Notes: generated by a model not told the origin, from the sequence alone. Counted from the first letter of the stretch, positions 1 through 12,926 are shown. The stretch is DNA of 64,000 nt from Octopus sinensis (GCF_006345805.1 NC_043002.1:17174001-17238000), one strand, 5' to 3'. Numbers and translations: made by a program.

Positions 1-130
1 AAGTGGTGTACAAAACAAACAGATATATTAGTATAATTCTCAGGAATTGAAAAAGTCTTTTACGTTTCGAGCCTATGCTCTTCTACAGAAAGGGACACAG
101 AAAATAAACAAGGAGAGAAACAGCGATCTG
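1..130 (-). mobile_element. Penelope-like terminal-repeat (pLTR) fragment
   Basis: Minus strand reads ...CTTTCTGTAGAAGAGCATAGGCTCGAAACGTAAAAGACTTTTTC...; the same module recurs at about 44700-44860 (+) and, more decayed, at about 29100-29220; it carries a hammerhead-like motif. Confidence 0.55.
57..92 (-). ncRNA. Minimal type I hammerhead-like motif (A6U core variant)
   Basis: CTTT-CTGTAGA-A-GAGC atag GCTC-GAAACGT-A-AAAG: stem I CTTT/AAAG, stem II GAGC/GCTC, palindromic stem III ACGT; core differs from CUGANGA at position 6. Confidence 0.45.
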
Positions 131-139
131 ATCTCTGTG

Positions 140-798
140 GGGATTGTAAAGGGAGCCAATAGGAGAGGGAGACCTTCGACTCAAACGTACCTATTTTCAG
201 AACATTTTACTGTCAGTATTGGTAGCTATACTTTTTCTAAACTCAAGCGCTGCCTTTTTTGTCACTTGCTTGAGATGGGTGGATAATCTATTGAGTCTTC
301 TTTTATTCTCATCTGTTTTATGCTGTCTATATTTCTCCTCAGCTTTTAGGCGATGTGTTGTGGCAAGTCGAACTACTGTAGTCTCTCAAATTGCCCTTTT
401 GTTTCTATTTTTAGAGTGTTCGTGTGGTAGTGATGCTTCCCATACAGCCCAGATTGCACGGGTGATATCTTGCAAAATAGTATTGACGGACCCGGAATAG
501 TAAACTGAGAATCAGTTGGGCGATGCAACTCATCACGGTAACAGTTCCAGTCTTGCTTGTTCCAGAAGCACCACCACCTCCAAAGAGACAGATTGGCGAT
601 GATCAGAGAATGACCGGAGTCGCCTACGGTTTCTTTGGCCGTAACACTGATAACAGTTTCAGGAGTGGTGGTAAAGAGCAAGTCCAAAATATTGTTACCT
701 CTTGTGGGAGGTGTGATTACTTGGGAAGAGTTTGCATCAAGCACTACATCAAGGAAATCGTCTGCATTTTGCAGCCAACGAAAAGTTAACCTATCCAT
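140..798 (-). pseudogene. CR1/L2-group LINE fragment: C-terminal APE endonuclease plus linker
   Basis: ORF 373-798 contains QVITPPTRGNNILDLLFT...VGDSGHSLI, matching the APE C-terminal PTR..LDL..SDH motifs; downstream sequence decays into frameshifts. Confidence 0.75.
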
Positions 799-2082
799 TT
801 CAGGGTAGGTAAAGTCACCATATATATATGTGTCTGTGCGTATCTGTCTGTGAGTGTATGTGTGTGTAGTAAAATATATTGGTAGTTAATGACGGCATTG
901 CTTTTATGTTTTGTTAATTTTAATGAAACACATCCCGCTTTTCTTCATTGTTAACTGATCAATATCTTCAATCATGTGAAAGGAACGACTGAACTATCGA
1001 TGAGCCGAATATTATTTTGTATTAGAAGAGATATTTAACTGAAATTGTTTTTGATTTTATTAACTGGCCTAAACCTTATATGATAGATAATAAGCTACGT
1101 GGTTTGTTAATTAAGAACTATATACTTTCGATCGATTTGCATGCTATTGACAGGTTGAACTAATGAGAATTATTCCAGCATCGCTGTTGTGTTTCAGAAA
1201 CTAATTTTGGTTCAAAATAGTATGTTTGAGAAAGGTAATAATCTTATATATTGAGCCTATATTGCACATATTGCTTAATATTTCATATTGAATAAGGAAA
1301 AAGTTCTTTTTAAGGAAATTTACGTAATTTCGGATTGGATTCTCTGTTAAAGTAAATTACTGTTCTCCCTGTGAATATTATGCCATGGCTACGGGATATA
1401 CATACCTTGGATGTGCGATATCTTACTTTTTTGATTCATTGAGTTAATTATATCTGATCTTCCTTCGGTAATCGGAATACATGCACACGTAATGAAACAT
1501 GAAGCGATCAATTTACACGCATGCTACGACTAGTTTCGCCCTGTAGTTTTGTTTTCTCTTTTTTTTTAATGAGTTAAAACATCATGTTTATGTTAGATGT
1601 TGTAAAACGCATACAACATTCGAAATAGAAATGTTGGGAAAAATGTTCTTACTATTTTTATGTTCATGTTTATAATTACATATATCTAAGCTAGTTTAAG
1701 CGTTATTGGACGTTTGGGTAATAGTTATTATATATACTTCACTACATATTATACGTGTGTAATATTCCTTAGCGTAGCCGTCCGAGTCTAAAACTAAACG
1801 TATGTATTTCTATTTACTTGTCAGCTTAAAGTATTTAATAATAGTCAGAGAAATAAGAAAAAATATTCACCATTGATGTAACACAGCTCTTTATCTCAAA
1901 ACAGAGTACAGTTTAAAAATAATTAAGAAAATATAAAAGAAATTATGTATTCAAATGATATTTAATATCTCTTATATTCAATTATTACATTTTACTATTT
2001 TCCTATTACAGAAATTCTTCAACCCCTAAAAGAATAAACAATAACAGTAAAATAGTACATTACTTACTACGTTATGTATACG

Positions 2083-2410
2083 ATGGCCCAAGGCTTAGTG
2101 GTGAGATTATTTAGTTTCTGGTCGTGAGTTCGATTCCTGGCGATGTGTTACATCCTTGAGAAAGATACTATTTTACATTGCTCCAGTTCACTCAACTGAC
2201 GAAAATGTTTATAGCTATATTTCACACAGGCCAGCTTTGTCACATTATGTTTATGCTGAATTTCCCCGAGAACTTCGTTAAGGGTACGCGTTTGTGTGAG
2301 GTGGTCAGTCACCTGAACATTAATTTCACGAGCATCAATTTCCGTCGATCGGATCAATTGGAACCCATGCTGTCGTAAAGAATCGAAAATCCACTTATCG
2401 TGTATACAGG
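2083..2410 (+). mobile_element. tRNA-derived SINE (head B + body X), diverged
   Basis: Decayed A box, B box GAGTTCGATTCC, TTGCTCCAGTTCACTCA segment shared with the 21300-21638 SINE; 3' body (CCCCGAGAACTTCGTTAAGGGTAC) shared with 3730-3838. Confidence 0.7.
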
Positions 2411-2439
2411 ACACAGCAAGAAGTTAACGATGATCTAAA

Positions 2440-2910
2440 TAATCTTTCTTGACAGTTTCCGGTAGGTTCAAATGCAAATATGGTGATTATTTATTAACGT
2501 TGACCCTTGTATTTGGTGCTTGTAACTTCTCGTTTGCTTCCCATCTTACTGAAGAGCACCGACCATTTTGATGTTTAGTGTTTTGGAAAACCCGTTTATA
2601 ACTCATTAGATAACGGTTTTGAATGCAAGTTCCTTTTGGTTCTGTGCTGGGCTTCTTAACTTTTCAGCAGTATTCATATGTCGCTTGAAAATCTCTTTTC
2701 TCATATGTAGGTTTTTGCAGCTCAAATCGCCAGCTGGATTAATACCATTCTATGATTGATGGCAGTTGATAGGGTTCCATTTTGCAATATGCTCTTGTGC
2801 TTGTTTGCATATTAGAGAACAGCAGATATATCGGGTCTTCTTGCGTTTCCTGCAATTGGATAAGCATTGGAAATCCTTATGGGTACTGTGCTTCTGCCAA
2901 TATCTAAGAC
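2440..2910 (-). mobile_element. Possible highly decayed R4/Dong-type LINE C-terminal remnant
   Basis: Minus-strand pieces ETQEDP..LICKQAQEHI resemble the DPxCRxCK zinc-knuckle region of RLE LINEs; many stops and frameshifts. Confidence 0.3.
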
Positions 2911-3187
2911 ATTAAAACGTTAGCGCTATTAAACCAAAACATAGATCGATAGCTCTAGCGTTTGTGCGAAATACATAAGTGACTTATTATGTTTCAAATA
3001 TGGAAATATGGAAATACAAATCCAGATGTGCAGTATCTATTAATGTAGACGGAAACTATGTTGGTTTCTGTTTCAATACATTTCTTCTCTAATAATTTAC
3101 TATAAAAGTTTAGTCATACTAAATACTATCAACAAAAGAATGTTGTGTAAATTATGGTGTCCGGTGTTCTATAATTTAATGATAATA

Positions 3188-3328
3188 TTAGGTTGTCCCA
3201 AAAGTTCGTAAACACTTGCGAAAATTGAATTTTTACTCGCCAAGTACTAACAGAAACAACAAAAATTATTCCTCAAAATAAAGACCATTATTTTCCAAGA
3301 CTTTCTACGAACTTTTGGGACAACCTTA
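3188..3328. mobile_element. Mariner-type MITE, 141 bp
   Basis: Perfect 20-bp inverted repeats GGTTGTCCCAAAAGTTCGTA (3191-3210 / 3306-3325), TTAGGTTG-type terminus, TA on both flanks (3186-3187, 3329-3330). Confidence 0.85.
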
Positions 3329-3530
3329 TAACAAGGAAGGAGAAAATAATGATCAGATTGAAAATTTAACATTAATCGTGACCACGAAAATTTGATGTAC
3401 AACCTGGCTACACGAAATGTGATTTAACAGTACGGCACAGCAAAATAGATATTCATCCAGTGATAAGAACTACTTTAAATTGTAAGAAACTTCACACGCT
3501 TGAAATTTATATGGGTTTTTGCTAATAAAT

Positions 3531-4032
3531 GTGGAGGCGCAATGGCCCAGTAGTTAGGGCAGCGGACTCGCGGTCGTCGGATCGCGATTTCGATTCCCAG
3601 ACCGAGCATTGTGAGTGTTTATTGAACAAAAACACCTAAAGCTCCACAAACTCCGGCAGGTGTGGTGGTGAACTCTACTGTACTATTTCACCACAACTTT
3701 CTCTCACTCTTTCTTCTTCTTTCTCTTGTACCTGTATTTCAAAGGGCCAGCCTTCTCACACTCTGTGTCACGCTGAAACTCCGCGAGAACTATGTTAAGG
3801 GTACACGTGTCTGTGAAATGCTCGGCCACTTGCACGTTAATAAATGAGCTGCGACGGCTTTATCGGCTTTTGCCCTCCTCCACGCCATCGATAACATCGG
3901 TGGCGTGGAGAGGGGAGGCTGGTATGCGTGGGCGACTGCTGGTCTTCCATAAACAACCTTGCCCAGACTTGTGTCTCGGAAGGTAACTTTCATGGTCATT
4001 CATGACCGACGGGGGTCACAACAACACAACAA
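3531..4032 (+). mobile_element. Chimeric SINE (head A + body X, then 3' part of family Z) inside a 10-bp TSD
   Basis: A box TGGCCCAGTAGTTAGG and B box TTTCGATTCC; switches at about 3838 to the 3' portion of the 21300-21638 family; (ACA)n tail; GCTAATAAAT at 3521-3530 and 4033-4042. Confidence 0.8.
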
Positions 4033-4086
4033 GCTAATAAATATGAAATTAGTTTAATGCAATGTTTGATTGAAAATATACATATA

Positions 4087-4494
4087 GGCGCAGGAGTGGC
4101 TGTGTTGTAAGTAGCTTGCTAACCAACCACATGGTTCCGGGTTCAGTCCCACTGCGTGGCATCTTGGGCAAGTGTCTTCTGCTATAGCCCCTGGCCGACC
4201 AATGCCTTGTGAGTGGAATTGGTAGACGGAAACTGAAAGAAGCCTGTCGTATATATGTATATGTATATATGTGTATGTGTGTGTTTGTGTGTCTGTTTTT
4301 GTCCCCCTAGCATTGCTTGACAACCGATGCTGGTGTGTTTACGTCCCCGTCACTTAGCGGTTCGGCAAAAGAGATCGATAGAATAAGTACTGGGCTTACA
4401 AAGAATAAGTCCCGGGGTCGATTTGCTCGACTAAAGGCGGTGCTCCAGCATGGCCGCAGTCAAATGACTGAAACAAGTAAAAGAGTAAAAGAGT
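4087..4494 (+). mobile_element. tRNA-derived SINE family C, full length
   Basis: Head GGCGCAGGAGTGGCTGTG...GGTTCAGTCCC, internal (TA)/(TG) microsatellite, tail GGCGGTGCTCCAGCATGGCCGCAGTCAAATGACTGAAAC + (GTAAAAGA)n; near-identical copies elsewhere in the window. Confidence 0.9.
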
Positions 4495-7400
4495 ATATAG
4501 TATCAGAAACAATTGTTAGTTTATATGCTTGGTCATCAATAAAGACTGTAATACCGGTGAATTTTATTGAAAGTGTACGACAACGAATATGACGTTCTCC
4601 ACAAGGGTAAAAAAACTGCAACTGTGTCAATTTTTGATGAGACCCTCTAGCTCATTATCTATTCCTCTAATTTTATAGATATAAGTTGATCACTAAATAA
4701 GAACATCCTTTGAAGAATATACCCTTGAAGATTTACCATTATAGAATGCAATTTACTTTTATTGAATTGATTATCTTTATTACTCTGTTAAAACTTACGT
4801 ACTGATTTAGAGCCTGAATCAGTATCAAATAATCTCCGCTTGAAATATCTCTATCAGAAATAACATGCTGACTCAGAAAAGAACTAATTAGTCTTCTCAA
4901 CCTCATAGCAAATTATTTCCTGGAAATTGGGTTCTATTATTAGGATACTGGCAATTATCTTTCTAGAAACTAATCACATGAATAAGGTGTTACTTCAGCA
5001 TCCGTTCAAAACCTGGTTAAAGTCTCCATACTTTTCTATTGATTGGTTTTACTTCATACATAAACCAAGATTCTAATATTTCACTTCTGTATTGGCGGTA
5101 AGTCTATGCGAATTATTTAGTCAGTAAGAAATGCATTAAAATGTTTTAGTCAGTAAGAAATGCATTAAAAGACGTCTGAGATTGATGGGGGTTTACAAGG
5201 AACGTATCATAAAACCAACAACTTGGTCAAAATGCTCGCAACAAAGAGAACACCACTAAAGGCACCCGAATTTTGAGATAGAGCGTTAACGTAGGCGATG
5301 CTTTAAGTCTACCAATCAAGTGTTTTTGGTAGGGTTTGAACTCACAAAACCATGCAAGCAGCTTGATGTATTTAAAGGCATCCGCTCCGAATTACTTACA
5401 TATCTAGTAATCCTCCATTTTTTATTGATTTCTTTTGTAATAGCTGCATATAGGTAATAGGCAATATAGGCTTTGACTTCAGAACTCAGATGGTCGAGAT
5501 ACTGTGGTATGCAATGAAACCGTAATTCTGATCTAAAAGATCCTTTCTCATTAATATTTTTAATAATATAGTGAGGATATTTTGGGTGTCGTAGCAGTTC
5601 GTAACTTAAGCAATTGTCAGATGACTTAAGGCACTTTATTGTTGACTAGTATTCTGTTTTCTGATAGATATTGAGATTAGCGTGGAAGAGGGGAAGATGG
5701 GTTAATGAGAAGGCATTGAGAATAGATGGAAAAATCGAAATAGACGTAGAGATGGCGAACAATATATATTAATAGAATTATTAAATAGAGCATATGCTAT
5801 GGAATCATTAATTACAATAGATTAACTTTACCCAGGTGCTTGATCTATAAGATGAGAGACAGAGAGAGAGAAAGCTAGAGAGAAAGAGAGAGAGCGGGGA
5901 GAGATACATATAAAGTAAGCAAAAACATCACCACCATCTAATTTGCAATTTAACATTCGCTTCAGTAATTATAGTTGTTGTGCGTTCAGTAAGTGAAGTG
6001 GAATACTCTTTTAAATTTGCGTATTTAAAATGAATTGAATAAACACAAAATTTATTATAGGGCGTAGACTTAAAACTTTAACTTTTAATAAATTAAATAT
6101 TTAGCCTACAACAAGATATTTATTTTAATTTTTTTTTAATTTTGTTTGTTTCAAATGAAAGCATTTGCATTTATCTCGAACACATCTTGCATATGGGAAT
6201 TATCGACAACATTTTTAAAATAAGCTTTTAAAAGCTTTCACTTTTTCCATTAGAGAGGAAGGAATACGTTTGATTTATCAGACATATCTTCTTACTTGAA
6301 CAAAAAAACTGTATTTCGCTTCAGCAATAGCTGTTAAGTTTTATTCGTATATATTTGAATTCTTTACTCTTAGCATGTGTGTTCTTCATTTAAATGTTTA
6401 TTAGTTCCTGCCACTATTTGTTTTGTAGTTATGTTATTTATTTGATGAATTCAGAATATTCCAGATGTGTCGGATTTTACAGCGTTTCAATATAGTTAAT
6501 GGACGTGGAAGATTTTTTAAAAAAAGACAAAAACAACTTATAAATTGTGTCTAAGAGATTTAATCATAATTTCGTGAACATGATGGAATCTTTGTGCATT
6601 CTTTTCTCTTTAAATTCATTGATTTTTCAACTATTTAATAATTTTCATGACACTCAAAGAATTAAAACTACATTAAAATGCAATCAGGAAAATCTAGTTT
6701 ACTATGCATTTTGTTAATTAATTAAAGTAATGTTTAATCAGTGAAGTAAATAATGTTTCTTAGATAAAAGCAGAGCATTGAATATTATAACACTCTTTGA
6801 AACAAAATCACAGTTTACAATGTCATAGCTATGTTCTATTTTGTATAAATTATATATCATGCTTTTAAACTCTATTTGTTAAAGGTAGATGTAAATCAAC
6901 AGCAGGTCAGAGATTACACATATAACAGTTTTCCTAGATTCTTTTTCAGATTTCAAAGCGCTAAAAAACTAAACTTTGTCTAAAAAATTGAGACAACATC
7001 AAATTACAAATGCCATCTGCGTATCAGCACAACTAACAAACATGATGCTGTGGGTATTTCTCTCAAAGTAAAACAGTTGCTTGATGTGCTTTATTAAAAG
7101 CACAATATATATTAGAGCGAGACGATCATTTTCCAAGCAGCGACTGGCGTGATCGCAAGAGGAACGGTTCACCTTTGTTGGGGATTGTCAATGAAAATTG
7201 ACACTCGACACATTGATATTACAGAAAGCTTACCAAGATAACATATACTCACAACGGAAGCAGAATTCTTCGACAGTAATATTGTTTCATTTTTACTGAA
7301 AAGCTTTTCGTACTATTTGTATTGTCTATATAAATCGTAGGTAGCATTTTTTTATAGATATATGACTACAGGGTACTTGTCATTGACATGTCCAAAGGAG

Positions 7401-9949
7401 AGTGACGCCCACTCGGTGTTCAAGTGTGTAGCTATTGAACGCCGTTCGTCTCATTCCGATATACGTTATATTTTTAATACGCGCTGCCAATGAAGCGCTG
7501 TTGTCCGACAAAAAGCTACTGCGTTGTTTCTCTCAAAGTTGCATATAAGTTAATGTATACACATATTTTGCATCAGGAAAGGATATTTATATCCAGTATG
7601 AAAATCCCAAATCAGATACATAATTATTTCATCAATTCATGTTATTAGATTAAGGTTGTCGTTATTAAATACATGATTGCGGTATACTAAATTAATTCAT
7701 GCCATTGAAAGGAAATGATGAGAAGAAAATTTGAACAATCATATCAAAGATTTCGAGTATAAAGTAATTTTAGCTTTCCTCTTAATTTTCAGCTACATGA
7801 CATTATGCCAACTAAATATTTCATATTAAATGATTTGCTATTTTGGTAATCATGGAATAATCCAACCAATTACTTAGAGGACAATGCTGTATCATTCAGG
7901 TTTTACCTAGTAAATTTGCTTTAGTGAACATGTTTCCTTAGTCTCGCAAAAATACGGAATAATCAATCGATAATTTTGTTTCCCATTACGTAATATGATT
8001 CTGTATTAAATATGGTTACTTTGAGAAAGTTGAAATTCTTCACGCTTAATATTGTGTAAAGTTCAGAATATAAAGAAGTTATTCTTTCTAACACAGGATG
8101 TTTTCTTGAAAACTGATAGAAAGGAATTGCTTTCGTGAAGTACATAGCGTGCTTCTCGGTCTTGCATATTATTATCATTTGTGAAACAATATAAATAATG
8201 TTGATTTGTGCTGCATTTAAAAATGCAACATACAGAAAAACCTGGATATAGCATTACCAACAAATCATTCCAACCTTCAAATTAGCAAGTTCCAGCAACA
8301 AAATAATTCAACGATATTAGATACTTTTATATAATCTCAATGGGAAAATATACATGTTTTTGTTTGGTTGTGTATAGGAAAAGCTGTTTATTGAAATATA
8401 AATATACAGTCGGTTTAAAAGAGAGTTGTAGTACCGTCCAGACGTAATTGGATGAGATGCGCTTTGTATAAGAAGTTTTAACAAATGGACGCGTTTGTGT
8501 TGAAATACTAGTCATGTTTCATTTCCATTCCTAATAAAATATTTAGATTAAACACGTAGATATAAGATATATCATATAAAGAATATTTGCCTAACATTTT
8601 ATTCAAGTATATGTCGATGGCAAACGGAAGTTCATTGGCGGCTTAGCTCTCCGTACTAAATGGAGCACCTGACTCGAGAAGGCTTCTGATGATAATATTG
8701 TGTTTTGAACCGGTGACCTGATGTAAAATCATATCAAGATTTATTTTGTTGTTCTACCTCGACTGAAGCGAGTGATTAGAGCGGATTAGGTAGAATTTAG
8801 CAACGAACGATGAATAAGGGGGAATTGATAATTGAGGAAACTAGTTAGAAAAAAAGCAGAAAGTTATTCAGCTTGAAATACGATGGCTATATTTTCAAAG
8901 CGATAAAACGCGAAAAAACATGTGCGCTTTTGTTGATATTTGTAGGAGGCACGGCTTGGAAAGAAAACCACAATCCGGTCTTTGATAGCCTGTAGTCATT
9001 AGCTGACTTCATGCTGTATCTTTTGAAGCTGACCTCCCACCTCAATATATATGAGGGGTCAACCGACTTATTGCTCCCATGTTTATGGTATGGTTCTTCT
9101 TTTTATATGTATAGTTCCTGAGAAAGGAGTCGTTTTTCATATACACAGAGTAGAAAGTGTTTATCTTATTTTACTCATTAGGTTAGAATCTTCTTAGTCC
9201 TTCAAGTAGAAAGATTTGATATTGTTAACCTTAAAATCCGTTGCATCTGTATATATTCCTGATGATATGGATCTATGCATGATGAAATCATACAACATAG
9301 TAAATCAGTTATTCTATCAACGCTGAACGGACGGATGATTGCTGAATTCAAATGTGTGAGAAACTATACTGAGAACCTGGATACAGGAAGATAAATATAA
9401 TTCCTGAAATACCTCGTCATTTGAATAGAGAAACGCACTATAGAATATACTACAATCAGAGAAACTTGGGAGGTCAACTTAAGCATTAGAATAAAAATGT
9501 ATATGCACAACGAGTTTAAATCTTATCAAGTGATGGAATTATTATATTTCGATTCTACCTATTGCACGTTTTCATACAAAACTTGACTTGAGCATATGAG
9601 AGAAATCAATATTCGCCCATTCATATTTATAATTGGAAGGCTTCATAGATAAGAAGCGAAATTATTTCACTCAAGCATTTTATAACGATCTTTAGTATGA
9701 TATTCATTCTGTATAGCAGAAAAATCACATTAATTTCCCGACAACCTTCATATGTTACAATGTTAATAAGGAATCAAAAGTTCTTTCAGCATTGTGCCAT
9801 AGAAGATCCAAGAACGATGATGAGGTTAATTTCCTGTCTCTTGTGTATAGTTTGTCAAAGCTGAATATTGATTTAGTGGACATGAATTACACAGATTAAA
9901 CTGACGAAGAACATATCGCAGTGAATTAAGACGTTGTCTACCTAGAGCT

Positions 9950-10561
9950 AATGATATATGTGTATATGTCTTCTTCTCTGTATGTTTGAGACTGCGTGCG
10001 TGTGTGTTTGTGTATGTGTGTTCCTTGCATGTATATGTTTGCATGTGTGTGCTTGTATCTATAGGTGTGCCTCTGTGTGTGCGTCTGTCTTTATATTCAT
10101 ATATATACACCCATCTATCTGCTAATTAACCTCTCAGTATATTTACGCAATCGCCTGCATTTAGAGCTATATCCTTTCAATCTATAACAATATAAATGAT
10201 TAAATATAGATATAAATGCGAGTGAATGAGTGTGTGTGTGGCTGCGTGTGTGCATGTCTGAGTGCTTTTGTGTGTGTGTGTGCGTATATTTCTACATGTA
10301 TATATATATAAACATGTGTATGTGTACATATATATATATGTATGTATATATATATATATATATGTATACATGTATGTATGTATGTACGTACGTGTGTATG
10401 TATGTATGATGCATGCATGTGTGTAATCATTCAGCTGGATAGACAGAGAGAAAGAAAGAGATGCTTGCGTGTACATATATGATTGCTTTAAATTACGAAT
10501 GTACAGATACCTATAGCCTCAATCGCAAATATATGTAAATGCATTTGCATATATATATATG

Positions 10562-10597
<36 letters not shown>

Positions 10598-10638
10598 CAT
10601 ACAGACATACAGACAGACAGACAGAGACAGACAGACAG

Positions 10639-10687
<49 letters not shown>

Positions 10688-10860
10688 TATAGATAGATAG
10701 ATACATACATACATACATACATACATACATACATACATACATACATACATGCATAAATATAGGTATAGATATGTTTATATAATACGTGTGTTTGCTTCTG
10801 CAAGCAAACCCTATACTTTATATATGGCATTACGTACATATACGTGCCTGCGTATGAATA
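9950..10860. repeat. Compound microsatellite cluster (TG, TA, GA, GACA, GATA, CATA)
   Basis: Direct reading; for example (GACA)n(GATA)n(CATA)n at about 10597-10750. Confidence 0.95.
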
Positions 10861-11097
10861 TTATGCATGTAAAGCAATATTACAATATTATATGTAAATA
10901 TATTTTGACATTCATTTATATATGAAATATTCGACCATTATACACGTGCATATATTTCTATACATTTCAAATAGTCATTAGGCTTCCATGTAAACTGATA
11001 ATGTGATTGATATTTATCACTTAAATACATGGTTATATACGGATGTATGTATAAATATATATATACATATCCATCTATAATTGATATATATATATAT

Positions 11098-11460
11098 AAC
11101 TGATCTCAATTATTGGGACCACCTTAAATCACTGAAACTGTAACCGCTCCAGCGCCGCCGTGAGCGACACATCATTTGCACGATGTGGAGAATATAACAC
11201 CAGCATTGACCATAAGACCTCAACATTAGCATCAAAATTTATCTAAGGCTAGGACAACAGGCTATACCTCCCGTATCCAATCTAAGACCATAAATACACG
11301 GTAACACATAAATGCACTGCAATTTCTTTTCCTTAAGAGGCCCATTACTTTAAAACGGAACTTTGACAAATATTTTCAAGGAATAGTAGTTAAGCCACTT
11401 ATACTTGGATGCAACTCACTCAAAAAGAACTCCCTACTCGATACACCAAACCTGACATGT
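11098..11460 (+). mobile_element. CR1/L2-group LINE 3' fragment
   Basis: Translates as LNYWDHLKSLKL*PLQRRRERHIICTMWRIY, homologous to the 62618-62872 ORF and to the C-terminus of the 37133-38764 RT. Confidence 0.7.
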
Positions 11461-11620
11461 ATAAGGGTTTAGATAATCCTATCAGGTGGACCTATTGTTA
11501 GACATAACCTGCATCAATCTAATCTTTGGTGCAAACAAAACTAAATTTTCTTACTTATATATAGACAGATAGATAGAGAGACAAACAGACAGACAAACAA
11601 ACAGATATAAATATATATAT

Positions 11621-11920
11621 TATATGTTGAAAAAAACAAACTAGGACAAGAGCGTAAAAACATTTAGAAGACGATACAAAAAAGACGGACGGCACATTCG
11701 TAGCCTTCAATCTTTAGTCAAGAACTAGATCATCCTCGCAATTTCGGCTGATTAATCTCAAGATTAATCAGCCGAAATCTTGAGATTAATCAGCCGAAAT
11801 TGCGAGGATGATCCGGTTCTTGACTGAAGATTGAAGGCTTCGAATGTACCGTCCGTGTTTTTTTGTATCGTCTTCTAAATGTTTTACGTTCTTGTCCCAA
11901 TTTGTATTTTTCTACATATA
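11621..11920. repeat. 300-bp palindrome (145-bp arms, 10-nt loop) made from a PLE-type terminal repeat
   Basis: Arms 11621-11765 and 11776-11920 are reverse complements with scattered mismatches; single-arm copies at about 40830-41005 and 53185-53285; TA-rich on both sides. Confidence 0.85.
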
Positions 11921-11950
11921 ATATATATAGCGGCGCCTGTACCCTCTTTG

Positions 11951-11996
<46 letters not shown>

Positions 11997-12380
11997 TACA
12001 GGGCGTCACCAAACGTGTAACCACCACGAAGTGTGAAAACAACGAGTTAAATACGCAAAACCACGAGGAGAGTCAAAATGGAAAAGAGGACAAAAAACAC
12101 AAAGAACGAACCTTCATCACATGTCGGATGTCTATCTGCTCCTCATTTCGAGCATTCAATGACAATATAAGTTTTGAAAGAGAGTTGTTCCCATGAAATT
12201 TAGGATTTATGGAGGGTGAAATTTGTTAACAAAAACATGACAGTGGAAATATAAAAGGAAACCGAACGAAAACAAATATGTAGAGACGTTAGAACAAAAC
12301 GAGAGGAAAACAGTGAGCGCTGTAAGAAATATTTTCTTTGAATATATATATGTATATATGTGTGTATATGTATATATGTG

Positions 12381-12419
<39 letters not shown>

Positions 12420-12773
12420 ATAGATACATATATATATAAATATATATTGTATATGAACTGACATGTACCTATTTCTTTATTACCCACAAGGGGCTAAACA
12501 CAGAGGGGACAAACAAGGACAGACATAGGTATTAAACAGTTGCTCACACGCAAGCACAAGCAAGTGGACTCACACATACACGCACATGTTGGTAGGCACA
12601 CACAATATGTATGTATATATACCTACATACACACCTGTGCGTGTGTGTATGTACGTAGACATATGCCGTACATTTTTGTATGGTATTATATGCATTTTCA
12701 TAATACTGTCTGCCTGTATGTATCAAACTGTCAATCTCTCTATATATATATCTGCGTGTGTCTGTTTACATTC

Positions 12774-12808
<35 letters not shown>

Positions 12809-12825
12809 TATATATAGATATATAT

Positions 12826-12926
<101 letters not shown>

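Noticed and set aside
4317-4592. Recurrent MTTDAGVFT.. and MSSNARG.. ORFs (also at 16.5-17.0 and 42.6-43.0 kb)
   Set aside because: Chance frames of the family C SINE, repeated only because the SINE is repeated.
5116-5170. Small tandem duplication of TTTAGTCAGTAAGAAATGCATTAAAA
   Set aside because: Two-copy slippage duplication with no further structure.
8681-8770. Possible C/D-box snoRNA (TGATGA at 8687, CTGA at 8718 and 8763)
   Set aside because: Only a 3-bp terminal stem, non-purine before the C box, no clear C' box and no rRNA/snRNA target I can recognise; a snoRNA scan would be needed.
9826-10839. Many ORFs rich in YI, HT, VC, YL repeats (also at 12.2-13.0, 18.5-19.9, 26.8-27.5, 35.5-35.9, 53.8-56.5 and 59.5-60.0 kb)
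   Set aside because: Translations of (TA)n, (CA)n, (GATA)n and (CATA)n microsatellites; no coding signal.
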